64,000 nucleotides of DNA from Patescibacteria group bacterium (lineage in GTDB: Bacteria > Patescibacteriota > Patescibacteriia > UBA2591 > UBA4787): the NCBI GenBank assembly GCA_028715115.1, contig JAQUSN010000002.1, positions 210,816 to 274,815 on the forward strand, given 5' to 3'. A program made the position numbers and the translations under genes. The notes under the pieces were generated by a model that saw nothing but the letters and a program-made list of their open reading frames with translations, was not told the origin of the DNA and did no database searches. Of this stretch, positions 56,691 through 64,000 are shown in pieces. Within the stretch, counting starts at the first letter, position 1; every line of letters begins with the position of its first letter.

Positions 56691-59201
56691 TTATTTCAAG
56701 TATTCCTTTAGATAATAACCGGTATATGAACCTCTTTTCTGGGCCACTTCTTCGGGCGTACCGGAAACGACAACTTCGCCACCGTGCTCGCCCCCCTCAG
56801 GCCCGAGATCAATCAGATAATCCGCAGATTTTATAAAATGTAAATTATGCTCGATAACAATAACCGTATTGCCTTTATCTACCAACTTATTAATAACCTT
56901 CAAAAGCATTTCAATGTCATGATAATGCAAACCAACCGTGGGCTCGTCTAATAAATATAATGTTTTTTTGCCTAAGGGCTGAGTCAATTCGCGGCCTAAT
57001 TTTATTCTCTGCGCTTCACCGCCAGACAAAGTCGTAGCGCTTTGGCCCAGTTGAATATAGCCCAAACCGACTTCTTTTAAAACTTTTAATTTGTCAGTAA
57101 TTTGATAGATGTCTTTGAAAAAATCGTAAGCTTCGTCGATGGTCATGGCCAAGACTTCGCTGATATTTTTCTTTTTATACTTAACCTGCAGCGTCTCTCG
57201 ATTAAAACGCAAGCCACGACAGACGTCACATTGGACCAAAACCGGCGGCAAGAAATGCATTTCCACTAAATTAAAACCTGCTCCACCGCAAGCTTCACAA
57301 CGGCCGCCAGGTACGTTAAAGGAAAAACGCGAGGCCTTATATCCTCTCTCTTTGGCTTCGGGTAATTCGGCAAAAAAGTCCCTAATCGGCGTAAAAATTC
57401 CAGTGTAAGTGGCTGGATTAGAGCGCGGTGTACGGCCTATCGGTGATTGATTAACCATCACAATTTTATCCAAATAATCGCTGCCGCTAATTTTACTAAC
57501 TCCGATTAATTTATCGGAAATGTGATTTTTCATTTTATTGACATTTTGATACAAAACATCATGGACTAAAGTCGACTTGCCGCTACCGGAAACTCCGGTC
57601 ACACAGACAAATTTGCGCAGCGGAATCTCGACGGAAATATTTTTTAAATTATTAATCTTAGCGCCAGTAATTTTCATTTTCTCGTTGATTTTCACGCGGC
57701 GATGAAGAGGTAGGGCGATTTCTTTTCGGCCACTTAAATAATCAAGCGTCATAGATTTTTTAAAGGAGCGCGAATTGATGATTTGCGGCAATTCGCCCTC
57801 GGCCACTATCTCGCCGCCCAATCGTCCAGCGGCCGGACCGAGATCAACTAAATAATCGGAGTTTAAAATAGTTTTTTCGTCATGCTCAACGATAATAACC
57901 GTATTGTTCTGATCGCGCAACGACTTAAGAGTTTTAATTAATTTTTCGGTGTCGCGTTCGTGTAAGCCAATTGTCGGTTCATCTAATACATATAGTGTAC
58001 CAGAAAGTTGCGAACCGATTTGCGAAGCCAAGCGAATTCTTTGCGCTTCACCGCCCGATAAGGTCTCGGCTTCGCGCGATAAAGACAGATAATCTAAACC
58101 GACTTCCAATAAAAATTTCAATCGATCGCTTATTTCTTTAACCAAGGTTATGGCAATGGTTTTTTGCCGCGCAGTCAATTTTTTTTCATAATCGGCGAAG
58201 AAATCAGCCATCTGGCCAATACTCATTCTGGTTAATTGGCAAATATTTTTGCCGCCGATCTTGACTGATAGAGATTCGGGCTTTAAGCGTTTGCCCTCAC
58301 AATCAGTGCAAATAGTATTTAAAAATAAATCTGTTTTACCCAAGCCATGACAAGTCGGACAAGCGCCCATCGGACTATTAAAAGAAAACAAACGCGGTTC
58401 GATTTCCGGAAAAGCGAAATTATCTTCTGGACAAGTCCAACGACTCGATAAAACAAATTCTGCTTCGTCTTTTTTGCCCTCCTTAAACACGAAGGTCACC
58501 AATCCCTTACTGTAATCAAGGGCATTTTCCACAGCTTCAAACAATCTTGTCTCATCGGTCAGCATAACGCGATCCATAACAATATCGATGGAGTGGACTT
58601 TATAACGAGAAAGAATTATTTGATCGTGAAGCGAATGCATTTTACCGTCAACTCTAGCTTCAGTAAATCCAAGATTAAGATAATCATAAAGCATTTGGTA
58701 ATATTCGCCCTTTCTGCCGCGCACCACTGGCGACAAAATGGTTACGATTTTTTCCTGCGCTGCCTTGCCTTGCTTAATAATAATATTAACCATTTCCTCG
58801 ACAGAAAGTTTTTGAATTTTCATATTACACTTAGGACAAAAAACTTCGCCCAAGCGCGCATATAAAACTCTCAAGTAATCATAAATCTCTGTTAAAGTGC
58901 CGACGGTTGAGCGTGGATTATGCGACAAAGCGCGCTGGTCAATGGCGATAGCTGGTGACAAGCCGGTGATTTTATCAACGTTCGGTCGATCCATCTGGCC
59001 CAAGAATTGCCGAACATAAGGCGACAGCGATTCAATGTAGCGGCGTTGGCCTTCGGCAAAAATTGTATCAAAAGCTAGTGATGATTTGCCGCTGCCGGAA
59101 ACGCCGGTAAAAACTATCAATTTATTTTTCGGCAATTCTAAGTCCACATCCCTGAGGTTATGGACTTTAGCGCCCTTGATTTTTATGGTATCAATTGACA
59201 T
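56691..59201 (-). CDS. uvrA: Excinuclease ABC subunit A.
   Basis: Two ABC ATPase modules ([10 protein letters not shown] and [10 protein letters not shown]; LSGGEAQRI twice) and zinc fingers. Confidence 0.9.
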   Translation of the reverse strand: MSIDTIKIKGAKVHNLRDVDLELPKNKLIVFTGVSGSGKSSLAFDTIFAEGQRRYIESLSPYVRQFLGQMDRPNVDKITGLSPAIAIDQRALSHNPRSTVGTLTEIYDYLRVLYARLGEVFCPKCNMKIQKLSVEEMVNIIIKQGKAAQEKIVTILSPVVRGRKGEYYQMLYDYLNLGFTEARVDGKMHSLHDQIILSRYKVHSIDIVMDRVMLTDETRLFEAVENALDYSKGLVTFVFKEGKKDEAEFVLSSRWTCPEDNFAFPEIEPRLFSFNSPMGACPTCHGLGKTDLFLNTICTDCEGKRLKPESLSVKIGGKNICQLTRMSIGQMADFFADYEKKLTARQKTIAITLVKEISDRLKFLLEVGLDYLSLSREAETLSGGEAQRIRLASQIGSQLSGTLYVLDEPTIGLHERDTEKLIKTLKSLRDQNNTVIIVEHDEKTILNSDYLVDLGPAAGRLGGEIVAEGELPQIINSRSFKKSMTLDYLSGRKEIALPLHRRVKINEKMKITGAKINNLKNISVEIPLRKFVCVTGVSGSGKSTLVHDVLYQNVNKMKNHISDKLIGVSKISGSDYLDKIVMVNQSPIGRTPRSNPATYTGIFTPIRDFFAELPEAKERGYKASRFSFNVPGGRCEACGGAGFNLVEMHFLPPVLVQCDVCRGLRFNRETLQVKYKKKNISEVLAMTIDEAYDFFKDIYQITDKLKVLKEVGLGYIQLGQSATTLSGGEAQRIKLGRELTQPLGKKTLYLLDEPTVGLHYHDIEMLLKVINKLVDKGNTVIVIEHNLHFIKSADYLIDLGPEGGEHGGEVVVSGTPEEVAQKRGSYTGYYLKEYLK

Positions 59202-59204
59202 AAA

Positions 59205-61037
59205 TTATTTTTCTTCTAAATTAATTAAATTCTCAATATTTCTTGAAACGGACTTAGCTACTAGGTGGTGTTTTTTATTATAAGCCATTTGTTTTTCCCG
59301 TCGACGGTTAACTTCGCTGACGGCACGCTTAATCGAACCGGTAATGTTGTTGGCATACAAAATAACGCGACCGCTAACATTGCGGCTGGCCCGGCCCATG
59401 GTTTGAATAAGAGATGTTTCACTACGCAAAAATCCTTCTCGGTCAGCATCTAAAATCGCGACCAGCGTTACTTCGGGTAAATCAAGACCTTCACGCAAAA
59501 GATTCACGCCAACTAAAACATCAAATTTGCCCTGGCGGAATTCATTTAAAATCTGCGTCCGCTCCAAAGTCTTGGTATCCGAATGCATAAACTTGGCCTT
59601 GTAATCTTTTTGTGTCAAAAAATCTGTCAAATCTTCGGCCATTTTTTTGGTTAAAGTATTAACTAAAATTCTTTCTTTTTTAGCGACAACCTTTTTTATT
59701 TCATCCATTAAATCTTCTATCTGGCTGTGGTTGTGGACCTTATCGAAAACCTTGCGCACCTCAACCGGCGGATCAATTAGGCCAGTAGGTCTGATAATTT
59801 GTTCAACCACTTGTTGAGATTTTTTTATCTCCCAATCGCTCGGCGTAGCTGAAGTAAAAATAACCGAACCGACACGTTGTTCAAACTCAGTAAACTTTAA
59901 CGGCCGATTATCAAGCGCTGACGGCAAGCGCCAACCATATTGGACTAAAATTTCCTTGCGGCTGCGGTCGCCTGCATACATACCGCGAATCTGCGGCACG
60001 GCCACGTGCGACTCATCAATGATGGTAAGAAAATCCGGCCAGCCGTTTTTTTTGGGGAAAAATGACAATAATGTTTCCGGCGGTTCGCCGGCCAGCTTAC
60101 CACTCAAGTGCCGTGAGTAATTTTCAATGCCATGACAATAACCCACGGTCTTAAGCATTTCTAAATCATATTTTGTCCGCCGTCCCAAACGGTCGGCTTC
60201 TAAATACAATTTTTTCTGTTTGAAATATTTTAGCCGTTCTTGCAATTCCTGCCTAATATCTTTAATGGCTTGTTCTCGTTGCGGTTCGCTGCTGATAAAA
60301 TGTTTGGGCGGAAAAATAACAATATCTTGCAGTTTATTGACTATTTTTCTAGTAGTCGGATCAACCAACATTATTTCATTAACCTTCTGATCTAATAACT
60401 CTAAATAATAAACTACCTCGCCCGAGGCTGGCATTATCTCAACGATATCGCCGCGAGCCCGAAATAATCCGCGCGCTAAAACGCCGCTTGTCCGCTCAAA
60501 ATGCATTCTGACTAATTGTCTGATTAAATCGCCGCGCGTTAAGGGCTTGCCGATTTCTAAATGTAAAGTCGCCGACAAATAATTTAATGGCACTCCTAAG
60601 TTATAAATACAAGAAACCGACGCGACAATAATCACGTCGCGGCGGGACAATAAAGCACTAGTAGCTTTGTGGCGCAAACGATCTATTTCTTCATTTATCA
60701 TCGCCTCTTTCTCAATATAAGTATCGCTAGTCGGCAGATAAGCTTCGGGCTGATAATAATCGTAATAAGAAACAAAATAATTGACCGAATTATGAGGAAA
60801 AAAATTTTTATATTCTCGATAAAGCTGAGCGGCTAAAGTTTTATTCGGCGCCATAACTAAAACCGGCTGGTCAAAATGGCTTAAGACATTGGCCGCGGTG
60901 AAAGTTTTGCCTGAACCAGTCACACCCAAAAGCGTCTGGCGGTCATGTCCCTTTTTTAAACCAGCTACTAGTTTTTTTATCGCTTCCGGCTGATCACCAG
61001 CCGGGCGATACTTTGATTCTAATTTAAATAAAGACAT
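59205..61037 (-). CDS. uvrB: Excinuclease ABC subunit B.
   Basis: [10 protein letters not shown] Walker A. Helicase motifs. 610 aa. Confidence 0.9.
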   Translation of the reverse strand: MSLFKLESKYRPAGDQPEAIKKLVAGLKKGHDRQTLLGVTGSGKTFTAANVLSHFDQPVLVMAPNKTLAAQLYREYKNFFPHNSVNYFVSYYDYYQPEAYLPTSDTYIEKEAMINEEIDRLRHKATSALLSRRDVIIVASVSCIYNLGVPLNYLSATLHLEIGKPLTRGDLIRQLVRMHFERTSGVLARGLFRARGDIVEIMPASGEVVYYLELLDQKVNEIMLVDPTTRKIVNKLQDIVIFPPKHFISSEPQREQAIKDIRQELQERLKYFKQKKLYLEADRLGRRTKYDLEMLKTVGYCHGIENYSRHLSGKLAGEPPETLLSFFPKKNGWPDFLTIIDESHVAVPQIRGMYAGDRSRKEILVQYGWRLPSALDNRPLKFTEFEQRVGSVIFTSATPSDWEIKKSQQVVEQIIRPTGLIDPPVEVRKVFDKVHNHSQIEDLMDEIKKVVAKKERILVNTLTKKMAEDLTDFLTQKDYKAKFMHSDTKTLERTQILNEFRQGKFDVLVGVNLLREGLDLPEVTLVAILDADREGFLRSETSLIQTMGRASRNVSGRVILYANNITGSIKRAVSEVNRRREKQMAYNKKHHLVAKSVSRNIENLINLEEK

Positions 61038-61174
61038 ATTTATATAATAAAATAATTTTCGTTAATTCAAGACTAACCTCAACTAACCAAAAAGTCCCGC
61101 TTGTCGCGGTCTAGGGGGCTATAGATCTGTAAAGATATTATAGCATAAATATAAATTTTAGCCAGAGATAAAAA

Positions 61175-61490
61175 GAGGAGGGCCAGCTTTCGCCGGCCCT
61201 CATTGCACTCCAGGTTGTAGTCTGTCTTTCGACAAGACCGAGCTCGCCATCCGAGACAACGATAGCCTTCTTAAGGCTTAGGTTATAACCCCGGCTGTTC
61301 GCCGAGCACCTGTTTTGTTGTCTCCGATAACTCGCCCGTATTCTAGTAGTCCTTCTCCACTGCGCCTCCATGGGGAGCCGCGCGACTCGACGCCGCACGA
61401 CGGTTTAGAGCTTCCGGATCTTGCTCGACCGTACAGCGCACCAGTGAAACACCGGCGCGGCGGACAGACGATATCCGTTAGGACGTATCC
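61175..61490 (-). ncRNA. GC-rich transcription unit of about 315 nt with a strong promoter and terminator but no credible ORF. Candidate small RNA.
   Basis: On the minus strand: promoter TTGACA-N17-TATTAA (61525..61497) and terminator GGGCCGGCGAAAGCTGGCCC followed by TCCTCTTTTTATC (61179-61201). The only long ORF (61138..61398) is Arg-rich and reads through the terminator. Confidence 0.3.
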
Positions 61491-61546
61491 ATGATTATTA
61501 ATATACCAAAAACAAAAAAAATGTCAAGGGATTTTTCCACAGACCT

Positions 61547-61571
61547 AACCCCCGCTTTCTTAGAAAGCGGG
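61547..61571. promoter_or_regulatory. Perfect 12 bp-arm palindrome CCCCCGCTTTCT t AGAAAGCGGGGG between divergent promoters, abutting the -35 box of the promoter at 61574.
   Basis: Perfect inverted repeat. It could be an operator or a bidirectional hairpin. Confidence 0.4.
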
Positions 61572-61573
61572 GG

Positions 61574-61602
61574 TTGACAAAAGCCAAAAAATATATTAAA
61601 AT
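61574..61602 (+). promoter_or_regulatory. Promoter TTGACAAAAGCCAAAAAATATATTAAAAT (cassette k).
   Basis: -35 TTGACA, 17 nt spacer, -10 TAAAAT. Confidence 0.5.
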
Positions 61603-61622
61603 AAAAACATTCAAGGAGGCCT

Positions 61623-62003
61623 ATGGCTCTTCCCATAACGAAAAATCCACCTACGACGATTAGTAGAGGTGACGTCATGAGGCGCCTAAGAGAATCCGGA
61701 AATCCTGTCTGGAGAAGCTTTGTCCTGCCAAGGCGCGAACATCTACGGCCCGATGAGAAACTCCGACTCTTCAGCTTCGCACCGGTTCAAGAGACTCTTC
61801 TGCCGATCCCCTTGTCAGTTGACGAACTGAGAATAGAAGCGATCGAAGGCGACCGGATCATCTTTGCCGATCCGTGGCAAGACGGCATTACGCCAAGACC
61901 CAGTCCGCTGTCCATCGTCGAAATACTCACAGACACAGTCAGGCTGACGCCGGAAGGAGAGTTCACGCTCTATCTGGTACGCCTTGAACGCCCCCGTCAC
62001 TAA
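61623..62003 (+). CDS. GC-rich hypothetical soluble protein (126 aa).
   Basis: AAGGAGG ribosome-binding site 3-4 nt upstream. Promoter and terminator bracket the ORF. No family. Confidence 0.45.
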   Translation: MALPITKNPPTTISRGDVMRRLRESGNPVWRSFVLPRREHLRPDEKLRLFSFAPVQETLLPIPLSVDELRIEAIEGDRIIFADPWQDGITPRPSPLSIVEILTDTVRLTPEGEFTLYLVRLERPRH

Positions 62004-62007
62004 TCGA

Positions 62008-62050
62008 AAGCCGGCTCGCGCTATACGCGGGCCGGCAATTAGTTTTTATG
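62008..62050 (+). terminator. Terminator GCCGGCTCGCG CTATA CGCGGGCCGGC followed by AATTAGTTTTT.
   Basis: About 11 bp GC stem with one mismatch. Confidence 0.55.
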
Positions 62051-62056
62051 AATATT

Positions 62057-62779
62057 TTATCTTTTATTGATTGCCCATAAAAATCCCATCTTCTTGTCAA
62101 ATTGCGAAGGGAAAATTTTCACGCTGAATCCATTACTTCTTAACTTTTCTTCTATTAAGCGATAATCGCGCCAATTATCATTATGATACTCTAAAACCAT
62201 GGCTTCAATTATTTTAAAATCATCTATAGATAAACTATCGATTATCTGATATTCGCCGCCTTCGATATCCATTTTTAACAAACCTATTTCGGTAATTTTA
62301 TTTGCTTGACGCCAATCGCTCAAATTATATATTTTTACCTTTTGAAATTTTTGCTCCGGAGCTGCTTCTTGCTCGGCTAAATGATGATTATGATTATCAG
62401 CTGCTATGACCAATTCCCCTTCTCCACTTTTCTCGCCTATCGCCGCTCTGATTAAATTAATCCGTAAATTATTATCTATATTTATTTTTTCAAGCGCTTT
62501 AAAATTATTTTCTTCCGGCTCGAAGGCGTAAATAAAAACATTCGGGTTTAAGGCCCGACAATATAAACTAAACAGGCCAATGTGGGCTCCGATATCTAAA
62601 ATCGGCGCTTTGGCCTGTTTTATTTTATCTATAGCGCAACGATATTCTTCTATTTTAAATATCTCATTAAAAACACTCTGGTCAACTTCGTCGCGCAATA
62701 ATACTTTAAAATCACATTGATTATAATTTAAGTTAATTAATTGCATATTAAGGCTGTAAAGAAGTCTCTGAATCGCCAT
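62057..62779 (-). CDS. FkbM family methyltransferase.
   Basis: DIGAHIGLFS and LKMDIEGGE motifs. Confidence 0.7.
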   Translation of the reverse strand: MAIQRLLYSLNMQLINLNYNQCDFKVLLRDEVDQSVFNEIFKIEEYRCAIDKIKQAKAPILDIGAHIGLFSLYCRALNPNVFIYAFEPEENNFKALEKINIDNNLRINLIRAAIGEKSGEGELVIAADNHNHHLAEQEAAPEQKFQKVKIYNLSDWRQANKITEIGLLKMDIEGGEYQIIDSLSIDDFKIIEAMVLEYHNDNWRDYRLIEEKLRSNGFSVKIFPSQFDKKMGFLWAINKR

Positions 62780-63653
62780 TAACGGAAATAATCACGCTCT
62801 TTACCGTCGAAAATTGTTTTAGAGTTTCGGTAATTTCCGATCTGATGGCCGCCACTCGGCAAGAGCCGCCGACCTGATTTTGTATCTGCTCATTGAAATC
62901 AATTTTAGCTACACCATTTTCGATTGTCAGACTTTGAATTTCTACTCCCGGATTAATGCTAGTATAATATCCTTGCGTACGCTCAACTGCGGTCGGCCCC
63001 TTCAATAATTCACTAATAGCCGCCCTGGCTACAGCTTCGGTTTTGGGAACTTGCCTGTCAACGACAAAAACTTTATTACAAGAAACCTGCGGATCTAATT
63101 TGTCATTATTAAAATAAACTTTCACGGTCATTGCTTCGGTCGCGGGCGGAAATTGTACCGGCACCTCAAAGCTCTTTCGATTCTGGGGCAATCCGGAAGG
63201 ATTGTCGTTTTGAAAAATTAATTTGCCAGTAGTGGCCAGGCCCTGATCAAAAGTCATTTCACCTTTAAAATGAACAAAATCTTCCGTCATCCAGTCTTCG
63301 GTGGCTTGAACTGGCATCTGAGCCAACAGATTTCCGTTTGCGTCATATAATTTCACCGGAAAGCTGGCCTCAAAAAACCACGTGCCCTTGGCTTGGCCTT
63401 CAAGCAACAACGGACTGCTGATGATAGCATTGGGCTGCGGCGAAGTAACGATAATCTCGCTTTCAATTGGCGGTGGGATTTGGCCAGGGCAAGGCGTAGT
63501 CGGCATAAGTGTTGAAGGCGCCCCATGTTTAACCCATTGGCCATTTTGGCAAAGCCAAGCATCTTCAGACCCACTAAATATTCTGACCACTATAAATAGT
63601 AAAATAGCTAAACCAAGGATAAATAATGAGAATAATAATTTTTTATTTTTCAT
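62748..63653 (-). CDS. Secreted GerMN domain protein.
   Basis: Signal/TM N-terminus. C-terminal GerMN-like segment (AISELLKGPT..GYYTSI..GV..IDFN..). Confidence 0.55.
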   Translation of the reverse strand: MKNKKLLFSLFILGLAILLFIVVRIFSGSEDAWLCQNGQWVKHGAPSTLMPTTPCPGQIPPPIESEIIVTSPQPNAIISSPLLLEGQAKGTWFFEASFPVKLYDANGNLLAQMPVQATEDWMTEDFVHFKGEMTFDQGLATTGKLIFQNDNPSGLPQNRKSFEVPVQFPPATEAMTVKVYFNNDKLDPQVSCNKVFVVDRQVPKTEAVARAAISELLKGPTAVERTQGYYTSINPGVEIQSLTIENGVAKIDFNEQIQNQVGGSCRVAAIRSEITETLKQFSTVKSVIISVNGDSETSLQP

Positions 63654-63675
63654 AATTAAAATAACGAAGAAACAA

Positions 63676-64000
63676 CTAAAATTCTTCGCACTTCAACTGA
63701 TAAAACGATTGGGCATGATCACATGATGGACATTTTGCCGGAGGCTGAGTGCCAAAGTGAGCATAACCGCATTCACGGCAAACCCACCAAACCTCCTTGT
63801 CTTTCTTAAAAATCTTACCGGCTTCCAATTGTTCTAAAATCTTTTTATATCTTTCTTCGTGGTGCTGCTCGGCCTTGGCAATAGACCTTAACCTCATGGC
63901 AATCTCTTTTAAACCTTCTTTTTCGGCTAAATCGGCAAATTCAGGATACATTTTTGTATACTCGTGATTTTCTCCGCCGATCGCCGCCTTTAGATTCTCG
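63676..64000 (-). CDS. Rubrerythrin. The 5' end is truncated by the window edge.
   Basis: The frame is open through 64000 (ENLKAAIGGENHEYTKMYPEF matches the rubrerythrin diiron helix). C-terminal rubredoxin-like CxxC..CxxC. Confidence 0.65.
   Translation of the reverse strand, partial: ENLKAAIGGENHEYTKMYPEFADLAEKEGLKEIAMRLRSIAKAEQHHEERYKKILEQLEAGKIFKKDKEVWWVCRECGYAHFGTQPPAKCPSCDHAQSFYQLKCEEF

Noticed and set aside
61138-61398. Minus-strand ORF of 86 aa (MRRRVARLPMEAQWRR..).
   Set aside because: Arg-rich and low-complexity. It reads straight through the strong terminator at 61179-61201 into AT-rich DNA. It is more likely a chance frame inside a noncoding GC-rich transcript.
1-64000. CRISPR arrays, rRNA genes and IS/transposase genes.
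   Set aside because: No regularly spaced direct repeats, no rRNA-like stretches and no transposase- or integrase-like ORFs were seen in the window.

Overview
This 64 kb window is AT-rich and gene-dense, and almost every backbone gene is on the minus strand. The backbone content is consistent with a reduced Patescibacteria/CPR-like genome (my inference; no search was possible). It includes PolX (polX), pyruvate phosphate dikinase (ppdK), UppP, TypA/BipA, class II-like ribonucleotide reductase, a P-type ATPase, hisS with tRNA-His immediately downstream, a MacAB-like ABC efflux system, dnaX, dnaJ, a uvrB-uvrA-uvrC operon, tRNA-Gln and tRNA-Glu, a type IV pilin-like LamG protein next to a T4SS-like ATPase, several NUDIX hydrolases and many DUF-type or hypothetical membrane proteins.

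The most unusual signal is a set of about 11 short, visibly GC-richer expression units embedded in this backbone. Each has a near-consensus sigma70 promoter of one stereotyped family (TTGACAAAAG..AAAATGTGATA..AT), and most have a strong AGGAGG ribosome-binding site and strong rho-independent terminators. Several of them share a second module, 'ACAAAAAAAGACGAGATTACTCTCGCC'. The cargo genes are unrelated to one another: tiny transmembrane peptides, small soluble proteins, a GreA-like factor, a pyrE-like/pyrF pair with an in-frame amber codon in pyrF, and at least one ORF-less RNA.

A second dispersed element occurs about 10 times. Its consensus is roughly AAATGGCAATAGTTATAATAAAAACNTCTGGGGTC..ATGCAAG(G/A)A(C/T)GTTAGAACCTGTT. 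Its left end mimics the 3' end of the local tRNA-His, and one of the GC-rich units is bracketed by two copies as direct repeats, like att sites.

Other points of interest are a frameshifted PolB-exo-like exonuclease, a giant surface protein with TSP1, PA14 and Cys-rich repeats and a near-identical internal duplication, and a roughly 550 nt ORF-free GC-rich region flanked by terminators.

Coordinates that I counted by hand rather than took from the ORF track may be off by one or two nucleotides. One spot near 16200 shows a 1-nt discrepancy between my count and the track.
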